This document shows, one piece after another, positions 8,367 to 16,248 of a DNA stretch of 18,444 nucleotides; within the stretch, counting starts at the first letter, position 1, and each line of letters starts with the position of its first letter. The DNA comes from Thermoplasmatales archaeon SW_10_69_26. Its GTDB lineage: Archaea > Thermoplasmatota > SW-10-69-26. The DNA lies in contig PXUB01000015.1 of the NCBI GenBank assembly GCA_003009755.1, forward strand, positions 1 to 18,444, read 5' to 3'. The notes beneath the pieces were generated by a model. The model saw nothing but the letters and a program-made list of their open reading frames with translations. It did not search any database and was not told the DNA's origin. The position numbers were made by a program, and so were the translations under genes.

Positions 8367-8400
8367 GGAGGCGGCACACCCTGACCCTTTTTCTTTCTTC

Positions 8401-8715
8401 GGGGCCTCGACTTCGCCCGAGGGGGACGGAAAACGGTCGCGAAGCATCGGGCCGAAGCGTGGCTTCGGCCGCTCCCGAGACCGCCAAGCGCCGTCGGTCT
8501 CGGGAGGAAACCCCCTTGCCAGCGACCCAGGCCCCAACGTCCCGGACCGTGGCCGCTGGTGCACCTTCACGCGGGGCTATCTCCACCTGACGGGCGACCC
8601 CGAGTGGTGAGGGGCCACGGCCTCGACGGGGCGAGAGGGGAACGGTCGTGAGGATCCGCTGGCAAGCTTCACCCCATCCCTGGAACGCGACCGACCCCGA
8701 GGGAGAACCGGCCCC
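8401..8715. ncRNA. Candidate structured RNA (nested inverted repeats, about 315 nt), family unassigned
   Basis: Perfect helices: 8401-8406/8710-8715, 8434-8441/8686-8693, 8450-8458/8462-8470, 8472-8483/8495-8506, 8515-8524/8657-8666 and 8547-8554/8613-8620, all mutually compatible. No convincing ORF. Confidence 0.4.
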
Positions 8716-8778
8716 CTGCAGGCCCTCATCCACTCGACCGCAACCGCGGCCGCCCCCTCGCACGGGGCGACCCGCTTG

Positions 8779-8834
8779 TTTTAAGGACGTCACCACTCGG
8801 TTGAAGACCCGTCGGTCCGCTCCCCCGTCGGAGG
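8779..8834 (+). promoter_or_regulatory. TATA box and SD for the wHTH regulator gene
   Basis: TTTTAAG at 8779-8785; GGAGG at 8830-8834, 6 nt before TTG 8841. Confidence 0.55.
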
Positions 8835-8840
8835 CTCACC

Positions 8841-9890
8841 TTGGGTCAAGCGCTCACGCTGCTGTTCGCCGTGCTGTTGTTGGGGGGTGCCCCCGTCGCC
8901 GACGAGACCGGCGCCGACGACGAGCCGATGGTCCCCACGGAGACCGACGCCTCCGTCGTCGAGACCGAGAGCAACGCGAGCCCGACGCAGGGCCACGGTA
9001 GCCTCGCGGCGGGCGAGGCCGACACCGCCGATCCCAACGCCACGGCCACCGCCAACGGTTCCACGTCAGGTGAGCACCTCAGCGCGGAGGCCGACGCGGT
9101 CGAGGGCGACGTGGAGGTGACCGCTTCACCGATCGAGGGGACGGTCCGCGTGTCCGATCGACGCGTCGTCGAGATGACATACACGCCCCCGAGCGCCGAA
9201 GAGGCCATGCCCGAGGTCCCCCAAACGGCCCCCGACGACGAGAACGTGGAAGAGACCGACGCCGAGGCCGCCTCCACGGAGGACGAGCAGGCCGGCTCCA
9301 GCGAGGCCGTCTGGGCGCTGGCCCCCGCGACCGGCTTGGCCGCAGCCGCCGCCGTCACGCAGACGACGCCCGTCGGCCGCTGGCTGCGCCGCGTGCTCTC
9401 CACCGCGCCGCTGGCGCCGCTGTACTCGCGGATCTCCAGCGACGAGGTGCTCGACCACGAGACGCGGGAAGCGATCTACGAGCTGCTCGAGAGGGAGGCT
9501 GGGCTCAGTCTCGAGGCGATCGCGGACGAGCTGGATCTGGCGCGCTCGACGGCCCGCCACCACGTCCGCAAGCTCGAGGAGACCGGCATGATCGAGCACG
9601 CTCGCATCGGTCGGGCCCGCGTCCACCACGTGGTCGGCGAGCGCAAGCGCGCCCTGCACAGCCACCTGTTGGCGAACGAGACGCGGGCCGAGGTGTTCGA
9701 GGCGATCGAGGATCGCCCGCTCACGATCACCGAGATCGCGGAGGCGATCGACGCCAACCCCGGCTCGGTGCACTTCCACCTCGACAAGCTCGCGGACCGC
9801 AACCTCGTCCAGACCACCGACGAGGAAGGCCGCCGGTACCTGGCGACGGACCTGGCCGCGGCGCCCGACGCCGTCGTCGACCCGGCGTGA
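8841..9890 (+). CDS. Exported/membrane-tethered protein with two C-terminal winged-HTH domains
   Basis: TTG start with SD; signal peptide QALTLLFAVLLLGGAPVA; acidic low-complexity region; Ala-rich hydrophobic stretch then GRWLRR; PLYSRISSDEVLDHETREAIY. HTH1 LSLEAIADELDLARSTARHHVRKLE and HTH2 LTITEIAEAIDANPGSVHFHLDKL. Confidence 0.85.
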   Translation: MGQALTLLFAVLLLGGAPVADETGADDEPMVPTETDASVVETESNASPTQGHGSLAAGEADTADPNATATANGSTSGEHLSAEADAVEGDVEVTASPIEGTVRVSDRRVVEMTYTPPSAEEAMPEVPQTAPDDENVEETDAEAASTEDEQAGSSEAVWALAPATGLAAAAAVTQTTPVGRWLRRVLSTAPLAPLYSRISSDEVLDHETREAIYELLEREAGLSLEAIADELDLARSTARHHVRKLEETGMIEHARIGRARVHHVVGERKRALHSHLLANETRAEVFEAIEDRPLTITEIAEAIDANPGSVHFHLDKLADRNLVQTTDEEGRRYLATDLAAAPDAVVDPA

Positions 9891-9899
9891 AGGAGAGGG

Positions 9900-9936
9900 G
9901 TGGGCGGAGGGCCCGTGGAGGCACCCTCCGCCTCAC
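9900..9936 (+). terminator. Stem-loop just downstream of the wHTH gene
   Basis: GGCGGAGGG 9903-9911 pairs with CCCTCCGCC 9924-9932 and is extendable. It is followed by a pyrimidine-rich tract but no oligo-T. Confidence 0.4.
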
Positions 9937-10195
9937 ACCATCCCTCCCTCCAGCCCAAGCCTGAACGTTGTCCTCGATCAGCGAACAGATCCCGTGCGCG
10001 GATCGGAGAGCCTGTTAGCCCAGCGAGGGCGACAGCCGAGGCTCGGTTGCGATGGTTCGCGGAAGACGACGAGGCAGCCGACCGCCGGATGGCCGCAGCA
10101 ACTACGGTCTACGAGATGGCGGCCGATATGTCCTACAGAAAGCTAGGGGTCCGGGGGTGAGCGCCGCCGCTTTGGAGCACGGAGAGAACGGGAGG

Positions 10196-10482
10196 AGAAG
10201 GGTAGGGCGGTCAGGGTGGCCCGACAGCGGGCGGGGTAGCCGATAGAGAGACCGGCGCCGCGGTGGACGCCCAGTCTCTTCAACGACGCGTCGCAACCCT
10301 TCTGGTTTGGCGGAGCAGCACGGTCCGCTCCGCGTCTCGGGAGCATCCGGCCCGACCGGTTCCGCCGGGCCAGGGATGCTCCCGATCTGCACGGCCTCGG
10401 CGGTCACCGCGGTCGGCCGTGCGCTAGCGAGACCGCGCGTGGAGCGGCCGCGAGGTTCCCGATGCCGAGCGCGGTCTCGCTA
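10196..10482. repeat. Tandem array of inverted repeats downstream of cdc48
   Basis: Stems 10196-10203/10296-10303, 10247-10252/10274-10279, 10310-10316/10327-10333, 10337-10348/10374-10385 (12 bp), 10389-10396/10415-10422 and 10425-10438/10469-10482 (14 bp). Confidence 0.65.
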
Positions 10483-12699
10483 TCCAACCTCGATGTTCCG
10501 CGTGTAGTCGCCTTGCTGCTGGGCGAGCCCGCCCTCGAGCTCCTGGGCGACGCGGTTGTAGTACTGCTTGGTCGAGTCGTCGACGCTGGGTCGGACGACG
10601 TTGAGCGCCTCGGTGAAGTGGTGCATCTGCACCTCTTCGGCCTCCTCGCCCTCACGCAGGGCCAGCATGGCTGCCTCGCGGCTGAGGTTCTCGATGTCGG
10701 CGCCGACGTAGCCCTCGGTCACGCCCTGCAGCTCGTCCAGGTTGACGTCGTCGGCCAGGGGCATGTCCTCGGTGTGGATCTCGAGGATCTCCCGGCGGGC
10801 CTGGCGGTCGGGGACGGGGACCTGGATCAGTCGGTCGAAGCGGCCGGCGCGCAGCAGGGCGTTGTCGACCATGTCCGGGCGGTTGGTCGCGGCGATGACG
10901 ACGACGCCCTCGAGCGTCTCCAGGCCGTCGATGCTGGTCAACAGCTGGTTGACGATGCGCTCGGTGACGTTCGAGTCGCCGCTGCCGGCGCCTCGTCGCG
11001 GGGCGAGCGCGTCGATCTCGTCGAGGAAAACGATGCTCGGCGCCGCGGACTTGGCCTTCTTGAAGACCTCGCGGACGGCTTTCTCGGATTCGCCGACCCA
11101 CTTGGACAGGATCTCGGGCCCCTTGATCGAGATGAAGTTGGCGCCGGACTCGTTGGCGACGGCCTTCGCGAGCAGCGTCTTGCCGGTGCCCGGCGGGCCG
11201 AACAGCAGGATGCCGCGCGGGGGCTCGACGCCCAGCCGTTCGAAGACCTCGGGCTGGGTGAGCGGCCACTCGACGGCTTCCTTGATGTTCTGCTTGATCT
11301 CGCCGAGGCCGCCGACGTTCTCCCAGCTGACCTCGGGGATCTCGAGCAGGACCTCGCGCAGCGCGCTGGGTTCGACCTCGCGCCGGCTCTCCTCGAAGTC
11401 GGCGTGCCGGACCTCCATGCGTTCCAGCAGGTCGGGCGGGATCGGCTGGTCGAGGTCGATCTCGGGCAGGTAGCGGCGCAACGCGCTCATGGCCGACTCC
11501 TTGGCGAGCGCGGCCAGGTCGGCGCCCACGAACCCGTATGTGTCGCTGGCCAGCGTGTCCAGGTCGACGTCGTCGGCCAGCGGCATGCCGCGGGTGTGGA
11601 TGAGCATGATCTCCTTGCGGCCCTCGCGGTCGGGCACGCCGATCTCGATCTCGCGGTCGAAGCGGCCCGGGCGTCGCAGGGCGGGATCGATGGCGTCCGA
11701 GCGGTTGGTGGCCGCGATCACGATGACCTCGCCGCGGCCCTCGAGCCCGTCCATGAGGGTGAGCAGCTGGGCGACGACGCGGCGTTCGACCTCGCCCTGG
11801 GTCTCCTCGCGCTTGCTGGCGATCGAGTCCAGCTCGTCGATGAAGATGATCGAGGGCGAGTTCTCCTCGGCGTCCTCGAAGACCTCGCGCAAGCGGGCCT
11901 CCGACTCGCCGTAGAACTTGCTCATGATCTCCGGGCCCTGGATCGAGTAGAAGTTGGCGCCGGACTCGTTGGCGACCGCCTTCGCGATCAAGGTCTTCCC
12001 GGTGCCGGGCGGGCCGTAGAGCAACACCCCCTTGGGCGGGTCGATGCCCAAGCGCTCGAAGAGCTCGGGGTGCTTGAGCGGCAGCTCGATCATCTCGCGG
12101 ACCTTGGTGAGCTCGTCGCGGAGCCCACCGACGTCCTCGTAGGTAATCTTGGGAGCCGCGATGTCGGCCTCGCTGACGGCCTCCTCGCGGATGACGATCT
12201 CCGTCGATTCGGTGACCTGGACGACGCCTGTCGGGTCCAGATCGACGACGATGAAGGGGAGCGCGCGCCCGATCAGCGCGATCCCGGGAACGATGACGGT
12301 GTCACCTTGCGTGACCGGTCGTTTGAACAGCCCTCGCTTGACGACGCCCTCGATCCCGGCGCCGAACTGGAGCTTCTGTCCTTCCTCGATGACGGGAGCC
12401 AGCGTGATCTTGTCTGCGGGCGTAACGTCCGCCTTCGTGACGCGGACCTTGTCGCCGATGCCCACGCCGGTGTTGTCGCGGATCAGACCGTCCATCCGGA
12501 TGACGCCCTTGCCCTCGTCTTCGGGGGGCGCCCGCCACACGATGGCAGCGGTCGCCTCCTTGCCGTGGATCTCCACGACGTCGCCGACGGTGAGCTCGAG
12601 CTCGAGACGGGTCTGGGAGTCCAGGCGGACGCGGCCCTTCGCCACGTCCTCCTGGACGGCCTCCGCAACACGGAGCGTGGCCTCTTCGTTCGAAGCCAT
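10480..12699 (-). CDS. cdc48: CDC48/VAT family AAA+ ATPase (739 aa)
   Basis: N domain ([28 protein letters not shown]). Two AAA modules with GPPGTGKT, Walker B IIFIDE and IVFLDE, pore loops KFYG and KWVG, and [13 protein letters not shown] and [10 protein letters not shown]. Confidence 0.97.
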   Translation of the reverse strand: MASNEEATLRVAEAVQEDVAKGRVRLDSQTRLELELTVGDVVEIHGKEATAAIVWRAPPEDEGKGVIRMDGLIRDNTGVGIGDKVRVTKADVTPADKITLAPVIEEGQKLQFGAGIEGVVKRGLFKRPVTQGDTVIVPGIALIGRALPFIVVDLDPTGVVQVTESTEIVIREEAVSEADIAAPKITYEDVGGLRDELTKVREMIELPLKHPELFERLGIDPPKGVLLYGPPGTGKTLIAKAVANESGANFYSIQGPEIMSKFYGESEARLREVFEDAEENSPSIIFIDELDSIASKREETQGEVERRVVAQLLTLMDGLEGRGEVIVIAATNRSDAIDPALRRPGRFDREIEIGVPDREGRKEIMLIHTRGMPLADDVDLDTLASDTYGFVGADLAALAKESAMSALRRYLPEIDLDQPIPPDLLERMEVRHADFEESRREVEPSALREVLLEIPEVSWENVGGLGEIKQNIKEAVEWPLTQPEVFERLGVEPPRGILLFGPPGTGKTLLAKAVANESGANFISIKGPEILSKWVGESEKAVREVFKKAKSAAPSIVFLDEIDALAPRRGAGSGDSNVTERIVNQLLTSIDGLETLEGVVVIAATNRPDMVDNALLRAGRFDRLIQVPVPDRQARREILEIHTEDMPLADDVNLDELQGVTEGYVGADIENLSREAAMLALREGEEAEEVQMHHFTEALNVVRPSVDDSTKQYYNRVAQELEGGLAQQQGDYTRNIEVG

Positions 12700-12722
12700 C
12701 GTAGCCGCATGAGGGGGACCGG

Positions 12723-12735
12723 CCTATAGGGCTTT
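12723..12735 (-). promoter_or_regulatory. BRE/TATA-like element of cdc48
   Basis: The minus strand reads AAAGCCCTATAG about 25-35 nt upstream of ATG 12699. Confidence 0.45.
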
Positions 12736-12815
12736 GTGTCTTGGACCGCTCACGTCCGGCCGAGGGTCCAAGAGTCGAAGCTCGGCCGCCGCTGACGCGA
12801 CGGTTCGCCGGCGGG

Positions 12816-13196
12816 ACCGACGGCAACGTCGGCGACGGGCGCGCCCACCCGCGGAGCCACATGATCAAGAACGGTGAGGGCGAGCGGATCAACGTCTCCG
12901 TCACCTCGCAGGGCCAGACCCACCACGAAACCTCCAACGAGTCGAACCTCTGCATGAACGCCGGGGTCGGGGACGGGGAGATCGGCAGCGCCCGGGCCGT
13001 CGAGCTCGCCGGCAACGAGAGCCGGGACGTCGCTAGCGTGCTCGAGGCCGACGACGCCGAGGTCGGCTACGTCGTCGCCGGCCACGGCGGCCAGCAGGCG
13101 TGGATTCGCGACGCCAAGAGCAACGCCAGAGACCAGCAGGTGACGGTCGCCGTGGACGCCAAGACGGGGGAGGGCCGGCGGATGGGTGGCCGCTGA
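12816..13196 (+). pseudogene. 5'-truncated, decaying paralog of the adjacent lipoprotein (13248..13862)
   Basis: Aligns by eye: DGNVGDGRA/DDTPGDGVA, INVSVTSQG/MNVYVTAQG, SVLEADDAEV/SLLEAEDATV, AW/AW, VDAKTGE/VNAETGE. No signal peptide or lipobox; two Trp positions read CGG (12852) and GGG (12975). Confidence 0.6.
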
Positions 13197-13247
13197 CGCC
13201 CGCGCGGCCGCCGATCCATCGGGCCAGACGGGCTTGCTCGCCTCGCC

Positions 13248-13862
13248 TCAGCCTGACCCCGGGAAGGGCTGCATCTCGCCCGTCTCGGCGTTCACGACCA
13301 GTTGGCGTCGCTCGTCCTGCGAGGGGCTCTCGACGCTGAGCAACCAGGCCGGTTCCTCGCCGCCGAGCAGGCCGTGGAGCACCGTGGCGTCCTCGGCCTC
13401 CAGCAGCGAGGTGAAGTTCTCGTCCTCGGAGGCCTTCTCGGCCGCCTCCTCGCTGGAGACGTTCCAGTCGCCGATTTCCCGCTCGCTGTCCGTCTCCACC
13501 TCCGTGCTCGTCTCGGTGTCGCCCTGGGCGGTCACGTACACGTTCATCGCCTCGTCGTCGCTGTTGCGGTAGGTGTACTTCCAGTAGGCGGCGACGCCGT
13601 CCCCGGGGGTGTCGTCCGGCGTGAGGTTCATCTCGACGTCCCCCTGGTCCGGCTGCTCGGCCTCGGGGCCCAGCTCCATCGTCACGATCTCGACCAGGCG
13701 GGCGTCCTCGGCCCACGCTTGGGCCTCGCCGTCGGCGGCGGCCTTGCCGTCCTCGGCAAGCATCCCTTCCCCGTCGGCCTGGGGGCTGTTCGTCCCGCCG
13801 TCGTCCGCGCATCCGGCCAGCGGGGCCGCCAACAGGATCAAGGCGACCATCAGATAGCGCAT
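13248..13862 (-). CDS. Lipoprotein (204 aa) with PepSY-like C-terminus
   Basis: MRYLMVALILLAAPLAGC lipobox from ATG 13862; acidic; VSSEEAAEKA..PAW..LVVNAETGE resembles a PepSY motif. Confidence 0.78.
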   Translation of the reverse strand: MRYLMVALILLAAPLAGCADDGGTNSPQADGEGMLAEDGKAAADGEAQAWAEDARLVEIVTMELGPEAEQPDQGDVEMNLTPDDTPGDGVAAYWKYTYRNSDDEAMNVYVTAQGDTETSTEVETDSEREIGDWNVSSEEAAEKASEDENFTSLLEAEDATVLHGLLGGEEPAWLLSVESPSQDERRQLVVNAETGEMQPFPGSG

Positions 13863-13967
13863 GTTGCCGGGGCGATCGGGATCTGGAGCGATCGTGTTCA
13901 CCGCGAGGGGGAAGCGGAGCCCACCGTTTGACACCCTCGGTTCCACGACGCCGCCTCGAAAGCCGGT

Positions 13968-14936
13968 CTACACGAGACCGAAGCTGTCGAGCAGCGTCGT
14001 GATCCCGAAGACGAGGAAGACCACCGAGGTGCCGAGCATCCAGAGAGCGCCGTCGATCCGGTGCTCGCGGAGCTCGCCTTCCGAGCCGTCGCTGACGACG
14101 AACGTGCCGGTGCCGTCGTGTTCTCGCATGACGAGATTGCGCTCGTTCCGGGCGTGGTCGGTCCCCTCGCGGCGGTGGGCGGCTCCCCAGACGTAGACGG
14201 GCTCGTCCACGGCGATGACGCTCTCCTCGACGACCCGGTCCCGGTCGGCGGGCTGGGAGAGGTAGGTGGCCAGGTTGTCGTCGATGCCGACCGTGCTCGC
14301 CTGGAAGACCTCCGCGAGGTCCTCCGCCTGGGCCTCCTCGTATCGCGTTCCCTCGCGGAACCCCTCCCGAGCCCAGGCGACGAGCGGCTCGGGCGGTTCC
14401 TCGCCGGCCTCGATCCGTGTCCTCTGCTCGGTGTCCACGACGAGCTTGGCCTCCTGCGGGTCGACCCGCACGGCCCCGGTCCCGTCGTCGATGCGGAGGG
14501 GGACCTCGTCGCGGGTCTGGAGGATTCGGTTGGCACCGCCCTCGTCGCTCTTCGAGATCTCCTTGATCTCGATCTCGTAGAGGACGGCGCTCGTCCCGGT
14601 GAGCGGTGACGTCAGCGGCTCGTCGACGGGCTGGGCCTCCCCGTGGATCTCGGCGGCCCCGACGGCGAGGCTTCGAACGGTGCTCGTCGGCGTGTTCCGG
14701 GCGAGCTGGAACTCGCGGTACTGCCGCCACCCGAAGTAGAAGATCATCGCGCCCAGCGCGATCACGAACAGGACGCCGAGCAGCGGGCTGTCGGGCCCGG
14801 CGCTGACGGGGTTCATGCCCGGCAGGGCGCCCGTGATCACAAGGCTGGCGGCGACGACGAGGACGAGCGCGAGGGCGATCTTGGCTCGCGTCGCCAGCGA
14901 TCCCGACGAGTCGGCGTGCTCGTGCTCAGGCACCAT
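13968..14936 (-). CDS. GIDE-domain membrane protein (paralog 2), no RING
   Basis: 2 N-terminal TM and 1 C-terminal TM; RNTPTSTVRSLAVGAAEIHG, PLTSPLTG, VPLRIDDGTGAVRVDP, EESVIAVDEPVYVWG, FVVSDGSEGEL. Starts 1 nt after the upstream stop. Confidence 0.82.
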   Translation of the reverse strand: MVPEHEHADSSGSLATRAKIALALVLVVAASLVITGALPGMNPVSAGPDSPLLGVLFVIALGAMIFYFGWRQYREFQLARNTPTSTVRSLAVGAAEIHGEAQPVDEPLTSPLTGTSAVLYEIEIKEISKSDEGGANRILQTRDEVPLRIDDGTGAVRVDPQEAKLVVDTEQRTRIEAGEEPPEPLVAWAREGFREGTRYEEAQAEDLAEVFQASTVGIDDNLATYLSQPADRDRVVEESVIAVDEPVYVWGAAHRREGTDHARNERNLVMREHDGTGTFVVSDGSEGELREHRIDGALWMLGTSVVFLVFGITTLLDSFGLV

Positions 14937-14937
14937 C

Positions 14938-15297
14938 TCACCCCCTCACCGTGAAGGTGGCGGTCGGCGTCGGCTGGATCCCCTCACCGTCCACCGTCGT
15001 CGACGAGGCCTGGTACTCGTGACTGGTCGAGGCCGCGTCCGTGGGGTCGATGGGCTCGACCTCGACGGGGATCGAGCCCTGGTCCACGTCGGGGTGGGTG
15101 CCGACGATCAGGTCCTCGGTGAGGTTCGCGTCGTCGGCGAACGCAGTGGACGTGCCTGCTCGCAGCTCGTCGGTGTCCGTGAGCACGTGGTCCGAGGAGG
15201 TCAGATCGACCTCGGGGACCTCCTCGCTGTCGGAGGCACAGCCCACAGTCAACGTCATCGCGGCTACGACGAACAGGAGGACGGGGCGGTCGTGCAT
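14938..15297 (-). CDS. Small lipoprotein (119 aa), unknown function
   Basis: MHDRPVLLFVVAAMTLTVGC lipobox; acidic and beta-rich; coupled to the downstream GIDE gene. Confidence 0.72.
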   Translation of the reverse strand: MHDRPVLLFVVAAMTLTVGCASDSEEVPEVDLTSSDHVLTDTDELRAGTSTAFADDANLTEDLIVGTHPDVDQGSIPVEVEPIDPTDAASTSHEYQASSTTVDGEGIQPTPTATFTVRG

Positions 15298-15372
15298 GGG
15301 AGGCGCTCCCGGACCGTGCGACGGAGCCCGGGCGCTAAAGCGTTCCGACCTCAGCTCGCCGTCGTCCGAACC

Positions 15373-16236
15373 TCACACGATGCCGATCCAGACGAGGCTG
15401 CCGACGATGCCGTAGGGCAGGCAGACGAGCGCGAGGGCGAGGACGACGGCGGCCTCGGCGAGCTGGTCCTCGAGCAGCTCGCCCTCGGATTGGTCGGAGA
15501 CGATGAACGTCTCGGTGCCGCTGTGCTCGCGGACGACCAGGTTGCGCTCGTTCTCGGTCGACGCGGCGTCCTCGCGGCGCTGGGCGCCGCCGAAGACGTA
15601 GGCGGATTCGCCGTCCTCGAGCACGCGCTCCTGCAGCTTGCGGTCGTACCGGGAGGTGGAGGTCAGGTGCCGGCTGTCGATCCCGTGCTGGTTGGCCCAC
15701 TCGCGGACCGGCTTGGGCGGCAGCTCGCCGTCGTCGACGTCGATGCTGGTCTCGCGCTCGATCTCGAGCTGGGCGTCGTCGGGATCGATCCGGACCTTGC
15801 CGGTCCCGTCGTCGAGGCGGAAGGGGACGTGTTCGCTCGTGTAGAACACCGTCTCCCAGTCCGAGTCGTCGTCCCCGTCGGGCCGGTACTCCCTGACGCG
15901 CAGCTGATACATGCAGGCGTCCTGCTGGGTCAGCGGCGAGGTGAGCGGTTCCTCGACCGGGGCGGCCTCACCATTCACCTCGACGGCGCCGACGGGCATG
16001 CTGCGGATCGTGCTGGTCGGCGTGTTGCGGATCAGCTGGGCGTTCTTGAACCGCCCCCAGCCGCCGTAGAGGGCGAACCCGCCGAACACGAGGCCGAAGA
16101 AGGCGATCGCGCCGTGGTTGGTGCCGGCGTCGCGCATCATCGCGGGCAACGGGTACACCAGCGCCAGGGCGACGGCGAAGGCTAGGCCGATCTTCGCGTA
16201 CAGCGTCCAGGGGTAGTCGGTGCCCGCCTCGGCCAT
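15373..16236 (-). CDS. GIDE-domain membrane protein (paralog 1), no RING
   Basis: LIRNTPTSTIRSMPVGAVEVNG, PLTSPLT, VPFRLDDGTGKVRIDP, ERVLEDGESAYVFG, FIVSDQSEGEL; 2+1 TM; SD GGTGAT upstream. Confidence 0.85.
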   Translation of the reverse strand: MAEAGTDYPWTLYAKIGLAFAVALALVYPLPAMMRDAGTNHGAIAFFGLVFGGFALYGGWGRFKNAQLIRNTPTSTIRSMPVGAVEVNGEAAPVEEPLTSPLTQQDACMYQLRVREYRPDGDDDSDWETVFYTSEHVPFRLDDGTGKVRIDPDDAQLEIERETSIDVDDGELPPKPVREWANQHGIDSRHLTSTSRYDRKLQERVLEDGESAYVFGGAQRREDAASTENERNLVVREHSGTETFIVSDQSEGELLEDQLAEAAVVLALALVCLPYGIVGSLVWIGIV

Positions 16237-16248
16237 GCGATCACCACG

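Noticed and set aside
8387-8400. T-rich tract as a + strand terminator
   Set aside because: No + strand gene ends here; it is more simply the A-rich promoter or leader region of purB on the minus strand.
8367-8570. N-terminal extension of PurB to 525 aa
   Set aside because: Family similarity begins at CPLDFRYG near ATG 8366; the extension is low-complexity and overlaps the structured region.
8500-8716. RNase P RNA or SRP RNA (GAGGAAACCCCC, GGAACGG, GGCAAG and AGAACCGGC look-alikes; about 300 nt size)
   Set aside because: No complementary P4 partner (ACAGAA..GGCUUA) or ACAGAAA element, and no SRP helix-8 CAGG-GGAA-AGCA motif on either strand. Kept only as an unassigned structured candidate.
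10462-12729. 755-aa + strand ORF and other long antisense or alternate-frame ORFs (1336..2502, 1409..2425, 4819..6372, 13033..14730, 14815..16185, 16961..18079)
   Set aside because: Shadow ORFs typical of high-GC DNA; they overlap well-supported genes and have no motifs.
13968-16236. Calling the GIDE proteins E3 ubiquitin ligases
   Set aside because: No RING or other ligase domain is present, and there are no ubiquitin, E1 or E2 genes in the window.
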